A DNA stretch of 63,280 nt, the filler included, from Octopus bimaculoides (taxonomy: Eukaryota), in the NCBI RefSeq assembly GCF_001194135.2. It is 5 parts of 5 records of this genome, joined end to end, with 100 filler letters (N's around TTAATTAATTAA, not from the genome) between each part and the next. Parts side by side here need not be neighbours in the genome. Positions count along the whole stretch, not along the records: positions 42,892 to 53,258 come from NW_026426476.1; positions 53,359 to 58,691 come from NC_068990.1; positions 58,792 to 63,280 come from NC_069007.1; 2 more parts are not named here. One strand, written 5' to 3'. Each line of letters opens with the position of its first letter. The first letter of the stretch is position 1. A model generated the notes under the pieces. That model was not told the origin of the DNA. It saw nothing but the letters and a program-made list of their open reading frames with translations, and did no database searches. The position numbers and the translations under genes were made by a program. This document shows, in pieces, positions 52,120 to 63,280 of the stretch.

Positions 52120-52521
52120 ATTAACATGTGTGTATGTGTGTGTGTGTGTGGGGGGTATTAGCATATATGTGTAAGCGTGTTTTAAAATAGGTGTATGTGT
52201 GTGTGTGTTAGCGTGTGTGAATGTATTAACACGCATTTGTGTGTGTGTGTGTGTGTGTGTGTGTATTAACATGTATATGTGTATATGTATAGTGGTTTCA
52301 AATTTTGGCACAAGGCCTGCAATTTTTTTTTAGTGGGGGGGGGAGGATAATATTGATCACATTGACCCCCCAGTGTGCAATTTATAATTATTTTATTGAC
52401 CCCTAAAAGGATGAAAGGCAAAGCTGACCTCGGCAGAATTTGAACTCGGAACATGAAGATGGACAAAATACTGCAAAACATTTTGCCTGCTGTGCTAACA
52501 GTTCTGCCAGCTTCATTAACA

Positions 52522-52552
<31 letters not shown>

Positions 52553-53110
52553 TTTAGTATGTATATGTGTGTTAACATGTACATGCGCGTGTGTGTGTAT
52601 ATTAGCATGTATATGTGTGTGTGTATGTATATTAACATGCATATGTGTGTGTATGCATATTAATGTGCGAGTGTGTGTGTACTAACCTGTATGCGTGTGT
52701 GTTTTAACACATATGTATGTATGTATTAACATTTGTGTGTGTGTGTGTTTTAGCATGTATATGTGTGTGTATATTATCATGTATATGTGTGTGTATATTA
52801 TCGTGTATATGTGTGTGTATGTATGTATATTAACATGTATATGCGTGAATGTATATTAACATGTACATGCGTGTGTGTGTGTATATTAACATGTATGTGT
52901 GTGTGTATGTATGTATATTAAAATGCATATGTGTATGTATGCATATTAATATGTGCGAGTGTGTGTGTAATAACCTGTATGTGTGTGTGTTTTAACATAT
53001 ATGTATGTATTAACATTTGTGTGGGTGTGTGTGCATATTAACATATGAGTAGGTGTGCACTAAGCTATTATATATTTGCATATATTTGTGTGTGTGTATT
53101 AACATATATG
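52120..53110. repeat. (TG)n-embedded minisatellite with recurring gtattaacatgt core
   Basis: More than 15 recurrences of attaac/attagc between TG runs. Confidence 0.85.
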
Positions 53111-54049
53111 TATGTGTGTGTGAGTGTGTTTGTGTATATACAAGGTGGTGCCCCAGTATGGCCACAATCAAATGACTGAAACAAGTAGAACAAAAGAATA
53201 TAGATATCTATATGTGTGGCTGTGTGGTAAGTAGCTTGCTTACCAACCACATGGTTCCNNNNNNNNNNNNNNNNNNNNNNNNNNNNNNNNNNNNNNNNNN
53301 NNTTAATTAATTAANNNNNNNNNNNNNNNNNNNNNNNNNNNNNNNNNNNNNNNNNNNNTTTGTAAGCCTAGTACTTATTCTATCGGACTCTTTTGCCGAA
53401 CCGCTACGTGACGGAGACATAAACACACCAGCATCGGTTGTCAAGCAATGCTAGGGGGACAAACACACACACATATACATATATATATACATATATACGA
53501 CGGGCTTCTTTCAGTTTCCGTCTACCAAATCCACTCACAAGGCTTTGGTCGGCCCGAGGCTATAGTAGAAGACACTTGCCCAAGGTGCCACGCAGTGGGA
53601 CTGAACCCGGAACCATGTGGTTGATAAGCAAGCTACTTACCACACAACCACTCCTGCGCCTATAATAATAATAATGTATAATAATGTATTGAAAATTAAA
53701 CGTATGCTTACAGACTTATGCATAAATTCACAGGCCTTGATAGCACACGCACACTCACACATACACACACATATGTATTTATCCATAAATTCACAGGCTT
53801 ACACAGCACACACAAACACACACACATATATAATTATATAAACATGTAATCATACATACAGACACACCCGCATAGACACACATACACACTTCAGTAATAG
53901 ACACAAGCGTAAAATACACGTATCTGTAATACGCAGAGTATATACACTCACATAATATCACAATGCTAACACTTATAGATATTCGAGTAGGCTGTTGCCT
54001 GTAAGTATTGGAGAGATAGGTTGACAGACAGATAGACAGACAGACAGAC

Positions 54050-54103
<54 letters not shown>

Positions 54104-54712
54104 CAATGCATGTATACCCTTCCGTTAAACGCCTAAAACCTGAAAGGCTCTTCGCATCCTTTCTTAACAGCTTCTATATTACTACTGACAAATTCGAAAT
54201 CCTTACAGGGAACATGCGTAAGGAATTTCCATAAACTTATCAGCGTCTTACGAGGTTGCGAAGGGCCAGGTTTTTGTCTATTACAGATTGTGGGTTTGGA
54301 ACTCAAAACATACAGACTCAAAACATACAGTTAAACGTTCTAACTATACCAGCAATACAGTGAACTGGACTGTTACTATATAGATGTATATACAAGTTAT
54401 TCTCATTCCTCTGTGATGTTCGAAAACTGAAAAATGAAAAACCCAGTATTTCATTTCTAATAGTTGTAGATTAGTAGTTGCAAACAATGTATACAGGCAC
54501 ACTGTTAATTTTCTCCTTATCGCTTTCTCTCTCTGTCTTTAACTCTATCTATCTATCTATCTATCTATCTATTTAGCTAGCTAGCTTGTAATTTTTATCT
54601 GTCTGTCAGTGTCTCTCTAATTATCTATCTCTCGATTTCTGTGTCTTTCTACCAGTCAAATCTATTTATCTACTTGTCTCTTTATCTGTGTCTCTATCTA
54701 TCTATCTATCTA

Positions 54713-54757
<45 letters not shown>

Positions 54758-54799
54758 NNNNNNNNNNNNNNNNNNNNNNNNNNNNNNNNNNNNNNNNNN

Positions 54800-54830
<31 letters not shown>

Positions 54831-55203
54831 TATAATCTATGTATTTGTCTGTCTGTCTATCTAGCTATTTATCTATCTATCCGTTTAATCATTTATCTGT
54901 ACCTTACTCCATATCAAGTGTGCGTTTGTGCGTGTATGCGTGCGTGCATGTGTATGTTTGTGTGCGTGTGTACGTTAGTGTGTCTGTCTGTCTGTCTGTC
55001 TGTCTGTCGGTGTTTTGATGTCTGGGTCTGTGTTTGTATTCATATGTATGTGTTTATTTATCAGTTAATGTGTATGTGAATCAGTGATTGCATATGTAGT
55101 CTGTAATTTCGTGTTCATGGTTGTTTGTTAAGAAATTAAGAGGGAAGAAGATGGTGAAAGAGAGATAAAGAAGGGAGATATAGAAAGACGGAGAGATACT
55201 CAG

Positions 55204-55238
<35 letters not shown>

Positions 55239-56126
55239 GATAGATAGATAGATAGACGGAGAGACAGGCAGACAGACAAAGATGGAATGATAAAAGCTGC
55301 GATATGGTATCTTGTGTGTCGTTACTTTTTGCTTTCCTATTTTTTCTTTTTACTAATTTCATTTCCATGCGGTCAACCTAGATTTTAAATTATTTGTCTT
55401 GAATTTATCAATGTTTAATATCTGTCGCACATTAGACTCTATAACTTTTGTGTCTAAAGAGAATGTAGAAGTGGAATGAAAAGATTATCGGTTGTGAAGG
55501 CGCGTGGTTTAGTGGTTATGATATACGGCTCTAGATCGTAAGATCGTAGGGTCACGAGTTCGACTCTAGGTGACGCGTTATATCCTAGAGCAGAACACTT
55601 TATTTTACTTTGCTCCAGTCTACTCAGCCAGCAGAAATGATTTGTACCTGTATTTGAAAGGGCCATCCCCATCACATTCTGTTTCACGCTGAATTTCCTT
55701 GTGAACTACGTAAATGGTCCGTGTGTCTGTGGAGAGCTCAGTTATTTTCTCACCAACAGGCTGTTTCATTGATCAGACCGACCGGGCCCTCGTCCAGTGC
55801 CAGATTATCGACCGACGGAGATCTTTGTCTGTGGTATAAAAAATTTTAAGTATCAAAATCGCCTCTAAATATTCCAGTTCAACTTGCTTCAATATTAATA
55901 TTGATATCAAATTTTGGCACAAGGCCAGCAAGTTCAATGGTGAGGTGATTCGGTTACATCGATCTCAGTGTTCAACTGATATTTATTTTATCGACCCTGA
56001 AACGATGAAAGGCAAAGTCGACCTGGGCGAAATTTGAACTCAGAAAGTGAAGACGGACAAAATACCGCTAAACATTTCGTGAGGCGTGATAACGATTTTA
56101 CCAGTTCGTCACCTATTTTTAAATAA

Positions 56127-56216
56127 ATTCAGTAATCCCTCAACTATCGCGGGTGTTATGTTACAAAAACCCCGCGATAGGTGAAAATCCGCGAAGTATA
56201 AACAGTACTGTACTGT
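56127..56216. mobile_element. Probable Tigger-type MITE end
   Basis: cagtaatccctcaactatcgcggg terminus resembles TcMar-Tigger TIRs. The other end is lost in a gap. Confidence 0.35.
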
Positions 56217-56709
56217 ATGTATGTATATATATATATNNNNNNNNNNNNNNNNNNNNNNNNNNNNNNNNNNNNNNNNNNNNNNNNNNNNNNNNNNNNNNNN
56301 NNNNNNNNNNNNNNNNNNNNNNNNNNNNNNNNNNNNNNNNNNNNNNNNNNNNNNNNNNNNNNNNNNNNNNNNNNNNNNNNNNNNNNNNNNNNNNNNNNNN
56401 NNNNNNNNNNNNNNNNNNNNNNNNNNNNNNNNNNNNNNNNNNNNNNNNNNNNNNNNNNNNNNNNNNNNNNNNNNNNNNNNNNNNNNNNNNNNNNNNNNNN
56501 NNNNNNNNNNNNNNNNNNNNNNNNNNNNNNNNNNNNNNNNNNNNNNNNNNNNNNNNNNNNNNNNNNNNNNNNNNNNNNNNNNNNNNNNNNNNNNNNNNNN
56601 NNNNNNNNNNNNNNNNNNNNNNNNNNNNNNNNNNNATATATATAGTGTCTGTGTGCATGTGTATGTGTGTGTATATATTTACATATATTTATCTATGATA
56701 TAGACAGAA

Positions 56710-56740
<31 letters not shown>

Positions 56741-57889
56741 TATGGAGGTGGGTAGAACAAAATAGAGGGAGAGGCAGACTTCAGTCTATTTCACCAGACT
56801 TCAGTTTGTTTTAGCCATTATTACACAGGCCAGCTTGGAACACTGCTTACGCACATACGCACGCACACACACATACATACATACGCATACACACATCCAC
56901 AGACACATAGTCGCACGCATACACGCGCACATACACACACACACACATACATCGACGTAAGCTTAGATAATAAACCGCAACATGGCGAGTATTGCGATTT
57001 AACAAACGAAGGATGGCACCATTTAATACTGGTGAATATTCTAGTAAACTTTGCGGTCCTGAGATGAAATCTTCCTGTGGGTATACTTCCATGTCACGGT
57101 ATTCCTGGCTAAGAGACCCAATTCTCCTGGTCTGAGGTGCACAGCGTAAAGGACCATGCATTAAGTAATTCAAATCTTGCTTCATGATACTTGTGTTTGA
57201 AAGGGGCTAGGTGTAGGAGATGTGGCTGAGACAGAAAATGGTGATACGTTTTAAGAAAGTGACAGAATGGGTACAATGAAATGACATTGAGATTGCTTTA
57301 TTTCATATATATCAGCACAGACATCGCAACATCTTAAGAAATTTGCTTCCCAACCACATGGTTCCGGATTCACTCCCACTGCGTGGCACCTTGGGCAGCT
57401 GTCTACTGCTATAACTAAGGACTGACCAAAGACATGTGAGTGGATTTGATAGGTGGAAACTGAAGGAAGCCCGTTGTATTGTGTGTGTGTGTGTGTTATT
57501 CCTTGGGTAAGTGTCTGTTACTATAACCCCTGGGCGACTAAAGCTTTGTGAGTGAAATTGGTAGACGGAAACTAAAAGAAACCTGCCGTATATATGTACA
57601 CAATTATGTGTATATGTATGTATATTTGTGCCTGCGTTTGTCCCCCATCACCGCCTGACAACTGGTGTTGGTGTTTATACGCATATGCATTATAGCGGTT
57701 CGGTAAAATAGACCGATGAAATACGTACCAGACTTTTGAAAATTAAGTACTGGGGTCGATTCATTCGACTAAAGATTTATCAAGGCGCTGTCCCAGCATG
57801 ACCACAGTCTAATGAGTGAAACAAGTAAAAAATAAACGATACATACACGCACATATATAGTTGGAATTTTCAACAAAAAAAAAAACGAA

Positions 57890-58015
57890 AGACGGGTGTG
57901 TAAACAACAAACGCATTAGTTTAACGCTCGGGAAGGTGAGAACGTCTTTTACGTTTCGAGCCTACGCTCTTCAACAGAAAGGAACAAAGAAATAGACTGA
58001 GAGAGAAAATAAAAA
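57890..58015 (-). mobile_element. Same Penelope-like repeat; intact motif 57946-57981
   Basis: cttt-CTGTTGA-a-gagc gtag gctc-GAA-ACGT-A-aaag. Confidence 0.6.
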
Positions 58016-58393
58016 AAGATTTAGTGCTAGCGATCAATCATGAGATATATGTATATATATGTATATACCATGCTCTTAACAGAATTCTACTAAATACGCA
58101 GGGTCAGCAGGCAATACCAAAATTAATGTTATTAGTTTTCTTATAAATAATAACGAGAGCATTTTTATCCACACACACACAAACTAACAGCCTGGTGATA
58201 GATAAAATTACCTTGCTATACTTCTGGCTCTGGGAAGTTCCTCCTCCTCAAATCCTCAAGTCATTTCCTACGTACGCTTATCCATTTTCGTTGGTAATGA
58301 TCTTCTTTGCGCGTGTATGTATATATACATACATATATATATACATATATTCATATATATATGTACACACACACACACACACATACACACACA

Positions 58394-58435
<42 letters not shown>

Positions 58436-58859
58436 CTCTTTAGTCTTTACTCTTTTACTCTTTTACTTGTTTCAGTCTTTTGACTGTGGCCATGCTGGAG
58501 CACCGCCTTTTAGTCGAGCAAATCGCCCCCAGGACTTATTCTTTGTAAGCCTAGTACTTATTCTATCAATCTCTTTTGCTGAACCGCTAAGTTACGGGGA
58601 CATAAACACACCAGCATCGGTTGTCAAGCGATGTTGGGGGGACAAACACACACATACAAACACACACACACACATACATATATATTTATATNNNNNNNNN
58701 NNNNNNNNNNNNNNNNNNNNNNNNNNNNNNNNNNNTTAATTAATTAANNNNNNNNNNNNNNNNNNNNNNNNNNNNNNNNNNNNNNNNNNNNCCCCCGCCT
58801 TCTCTTTTCATTGATGTCACCTATATTTTCGTTAACATCGTTGTGGTTGCTATCGTTGA

Positions 58860-59165
58860 TGCTGTTGTTGTTGTTGTTGTTGCTGCTGCTGCTGCTGTTG
58901 GTGCCCTTGTTTAGGTTGTTGCCGCTTTGTTATGATTGTTTATTCGTAATTTTGTAGTTGTTATTGTTGTGTTTGTTGCTGTCATGCTTTGTTGTTATTC
59001 TTGTTGCTGTTGTTGTTGCTCCTGCTGCTGCTACTGCTGATGACGATGATGATGGTATTGTTGTTGTTGTTATTGGTGGTGGTGGTGATGATAGTGAGGA
59101 AGTTGATGTTAATGGTGGCGGTGGTAGTGGTGATAGTGTTGATGACGTGGGGGTCGCTGTTATCG

Positions 59166-59204
<39 letters not shown>

Positions 59205-59410
59205 CAACACCGGCGCCGATGATGACGATGAGGAGGAGAAGGGGAAAGAGGAAGGGTGCAGAGGATGACAATGATGATGGTGGTAGCGACGATGATGAAG
59301 AGGAGGAGGAGGGTGATGAGGATGGCGGTGATAATGATGAAGATGTTTATGCTGATTGTGGTCGTGATGGAGATCACCGTCATCGTCTTGGTGATGATAA
59401 TGATGATGGC
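58860..59410. repeat. Mixed trinucleotide array (GTT/GCT/GAT/GGT)
   Basis: Low complexity; produces spurious poly-M/H/D ORFs. Confidence 0.9.
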
Positions 59411-60699
59411 TACTCACCAAAGGCTCAGTTTCACTGGAACAGGTCTACATGACGCTCAGCTGGAGAAACCAGTCGGTTATGGAAAGATCAGCCGACGAAT
59501 ATACGGTTGAGGGTAAATGACGAATGGGTGAATGTTTTAGAGAGGTAGCCAGATTGTGTGGTGGTGCGACACGCTGCGACAGAGTCACCATGACTCAAAT
59601 ATACCGTGTCACGGTGTCACAGCACATCACAGATGAAATTTGTTGTTACTAACTGACATCTTGAAATATATGTATGTGTATGTGCGAGTGTGTCTGTATA
59701 GCTGGGATTGTGTGTACGTAGACGTCTACATATATTGCATATGTGTGTGTGTATTATACGTATGTGCATATATGTATATATACATACATGAATCTAGATA
59801 CTTGTATGTATATATATATATATATATATGCATAGATACGCATGTTTCTATATACATCTATGAATACATGTATGTAAGATATATATATGCATTGATGTGC
59901 ATGTGTGTGTGTATACACATATATATGCATGCATATATATATATATATGTATGTATGTATATATATATATGTATATATATATATTCATATGCAAATAAAT
60001 ATATACATATAGAGAGAGGGATATAGATAGATAGATAGATAGATAGATAGTTATAGATATATGTATAGATATATATATTTATACACATATACATACATGT
60101 ATTTGTGTATGGTATGCGTGTACATCGATACACACGTATAAGTATGCCATCTTCAGTAAGACGACACTGTCTAGATGTATCAATCGAATTGCTGTTTTGT
60201 TTTGTTTATTTTTTGTTCTTTGTTGTTGTTTTTTTATATTTATATTCTGAAAGTACAAAAGAAAAATATTTATGCTTTTTTTTCCCTCCCATTCCAAGTA
60301 ACTTCACATTAGAGCAGGCTCTAGAGATTAATTCTTCGACATTATTATAAAGAATCGACTACAATGAATATAAATGTCTAGTTTACGACGTTAACAACAA
60401 CAACAACAACAATAATAATAATAATGATGATAATGATAATTATTTGCACAACAGCTCCTGGTTGATTCCTGCGTCCGTGAGTATACATAAATATATACAT
60501 ACATGCATACATACGTACGTACAGACTTATACGTATATGTATATGTGTATATGTGTGTGTGTGTGTGTGTGTTTGTGTGTGTGTCTATGGATATGTATGT
60601 ACATGAACTGCTTTGTATAACGCATGTATATATATATGCATGTATATTTATATCTCTTTATCTTTTCTCTGGCTACGTTCACCATTCCTGAACTGACAG

Positions 60700-60768
60700 C
60701 TGATACGGAGAGTAATGGTCAAACCATATCACGTGATACTAGTAAAGATCTCAACAAATCAGAATCTG
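60700..60768 (+). CDS. Candidate 69-bp phase 1-1 exon of an unidentified plus-strand gene
   Basis: Pyrimidine-rich upstream sequence plus gacag| acceptor and perfect tctg|gtaagt donor. Open frame xDTESNGQTISRDTSKDLNKSES. Confidence 0.35.
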
Positions 60769-61058
60769 GTAAGTAATTTATACAAACATCATTGTGCATG
60801 TATGTATGTATGTATGTATGTATGTATGTATGTATGTATGTGCGTGTGGATAAAAAAAGAAATCAGTAAAAGGATAAAGAACGTAATCCAAATGATACTC
60901 CAAGATAAAGTTCCAAGGTCGGATCCAAGCAGATGGAACTCCGAAAGATTTTTCAAGTTTTCCCTTTATACAAGAAATATATTTTGTTAATGAAATACCC
61001 GTAAGATTTTAGTCATATATATGTGTGTGTGTGTGTATGCGTGTGTGTGTACATAGCT

Positions 61059-61104
<46 letters not shown>

Positions 61105-61309
61105 CGTATGTATGTGTAAACATATATGTATGTACGTCCGTGTGTATGTATATATGGGTATATATGTTTGTATGTATGTCATTATTTAGTTTTATTTCAA
61201 GGTTTGTTACCAATAGAATACGAACCGGTTTCTAACCTAGATCAAAGGCTCCTTCGTTGGAACTTCAACATTAACAACAGGTTTCTTTTTAATATATTTA
61301 TGTATGTGA

Positions 61310-61631
61310 AGGTGGCCAGCTGCCAGAAACGTTAGCGCGCCGGACGAAATGCTGAGCGGTATTTCGTCTGCCGTTATGTTCTGAGTTCAAATTCCGCCGA
61401 GGTCGACTTTGCCTTTCATCCTTTAGGAGTCGATTAAATAAGTACCAGTTACGCACTGAGGTCGATATAATCGACTTAATCCCTTTATCTATCCTTGTTT
61501 GTCCCCTCAATGTTTAGCCCCTTGTAGGCAATAAAGAAATAAAAAACGTTAGCACGCCGGGCGAAATGCTGAGCGGCATTTCGTCTGTCTTTACGTTCTG
61601 AGTTCAAATTCCGCCGAGGTCAACTTTACCC
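61310..61631 (+). mobile_element. tRNA-like SINE family C, two adjacent copies. Others: 19815-20030, 7625-7760, 48140-48350, 52295-52510, 55900-56110
   Basis: Conserved gagttcaaattccgccgaggtcgactttgcctttcatcc (B-box-like) in dispersed copies. Confidence 0.8.
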
Positions 61632-62430
61632 TTCATCCTTTCGGGGTTGATNNNNNNNNNNNNNNNNNNNNNNNNNNNNNNNNNNNNNNNNNNNNNNNNN
61701 NNNNNNNNNNNNNNNNNNNNNNNNNNNNNNNNNNNNNNNNNNNNNNNNNNNNNNNNNNNNNNNNNNNNNNNNNNNNNNNNNNNNNNNNNNNNNNNNNNNN
61801 NNNNNNNNNNNNNNNNNNNNNNNNNNNNNNNNNNNNNNNNNNNNNNNNNNNNNNNNNNNNNNNNNNNNNNNNNNNNNNNNNNNNNNNNNNNNNNNNNNNN
61901 NNNNNNNNNNNNNNNNNNNNNNNNNNNNNNNNNNNNNNNNNNNNNNNNNNNNNNNNNNNNNNNNNNNNNNNNNNNNNNNNNNNNNNNNNNNNNNNNNNNN
62001 NNNNNNNNNNNNNNNNNNNNNNNNNNNNNNNNNNNNNNNNNNNNNNNNNNNNNNNNNNNNNNNNNNNNNNNNNNNNNNNNNNNNNNNNNNNNNNNNNNNN
62101 NNNNNNNNNNNNNNNNNNNNNNNNNNNNNNNNNNNNNNNNNNNNNNNNNNNNNNNNNNNNNNNNNNNNNNNNNNNNNNNNNNNNNNNNNNNNNNNNNNNN
62201 NNNNNNNNNNNNNNNNNNNNNNNNNNNNNNNNNNNNNNNNNNNNNNNNNNNNNNNNNNNNNNNNNNNNNNNNNNNNNNNNNNNNNNNNNNNNNNNNNNNN
62301 NNNNNNNNNNNNNNNNNNNNNNNNNNNNNNNNNNNNNNNNNNNNNNNNNNNNNNNNNNNNNNNNNNNNNNNNNNNNNNNNNNNNNNNNNNNNNNNNNNNN
62401 NNNNNNNNNNNNNNNNNNNNNNNNNNNNNN

Positions 62431-62466
<36 letters not shown>

Positions 62467-62639
62467 CATGTATGTATGTATGTATGTATGTATGTATGTA
62501 TGAATGTGTATATTATGTATGTATAAAAGACCCGTTGTTTTAGCTATACATTTGTCATGGGATCATGACGTTTCGTTTACGTCTGTAAAGTTCTGTATTT
62601 AATATTTCATGTGTATATATAAATATATATACATGATCG

Positions 62640-62800
62640 ATCGCTAGCCACTGAAGCTTTTTTTATTCTCTCTCTGTTTATTTTCTCATGTTCCTCTCTG
62701 TTGAAGAGCGTAAGCTCGAAATGTAAAAGACTGTCTCACCTTCCCGAGCGTTAAACTAATGCACCTGTTTGTTGTTTACGCACCTGTTTTGGTCTTTTGT
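62640..62800 (+). mobile_element. Same Penelope-like repeat; motif 62694-62729 partly degenerate
   Basis: CTGTTGA-a-gagc gtaa gctc-GAAATGTA-aaag. Confidence 0.55.
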
Positions 62801-62944
62801 TTTGTTTTTTTTTGTAAATTCCAGTTACACACGCACACACACACACACACACACACATACACACATATATATATATGTTGGTAATTTATGTTAAACTTGG
62901 ATATTCATACTATTGCCTATATAAAAAAATTATTTACATTATAA

Positions 62945-62962
62945 TTAAAATGATTATGATTA

Positions 62963-63020
<58 letters not shown>

Positions 63021-63045
63021 CATTATTATTATTATTATTATTGTT
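62945..63045. repeat. (ATT)n microsatellite
   Basis: Long near-perfect run. Confidence 0.95.
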
Positions 63046-63280
63046 GTTCTTGCTACTGTTTTTCTCCATTTCAGAAAACTTACTGTATCCTACATCTGGT
63101 CACAGTAATTCGGTAGAAGAAAGTTAGTGGCAACTATCACAGCACTCCGCAATCATCTTGCCGTAGCAGTAGTTGTGGTATTAGTGCTAGTAGAAGTAGT
63201 CACAATATGTGCTGTTGTTATTGTTGTTGGTGTTGCTATTATTGTTGCTGTTGTCGGTTTGAAGTGTTCGTAGTCACAGT

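Noticed and set aside
58930-59510. Acidic or poly-His ORFs of 113-164 aa
   Set aside because: By-products of trinucleotide arrays; open in several frames on both strands.
60455-60476. 22-bp plus-strand microexon candidate (cag|...|gtgagt)
   Set aside because: It introduces a stop or frameshift in the 59443-60700 chain; unsupported without transcripts.

Overview
AT-rich, microsatellite-saturated, gappy eukaryotic draft-assembly DNA. The repeat repertoire looks like an octopus genome, probably Octopus bimaculoides; this is an inference from repeat style, not verified. The only confidently recognisable gene is the 5' part of the RING E3 ligase COP1/RFWD2 on the minus strand: an ATG-containing exon at 30556-30714, a 60-bp RING exon at 24893-24952, and candidate 5' exons further right. 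The later COP1 exons were not found. A synthetic 44N-TTAATTAATTAA-44N join at 22761-22860 may explain this. The rest is mostly SINEs (several tRNA-head families, and an RTE-type-tail family with an expandable VNTR), decayed mariner, Tigger, RTE and CR1/L2 remnants, MITEs and simple repeats. Nearly all ORFs in the supplied track are microsatellite or N-gap artefacts. The most striking signal is RNA structure: at least three repeat families carry type I hammerhead-ribozyme folds with palindromic helix III. These are a ~346-nt tandem/inverted unit with a CCGANGA core (16485-17535, retrozyme-like), a canonical-core hammerhead at 47982-48080, and a four-copy Penelope-like repeat with a CUGUUGA core. 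All folds were done by eye and no activity has been shown.
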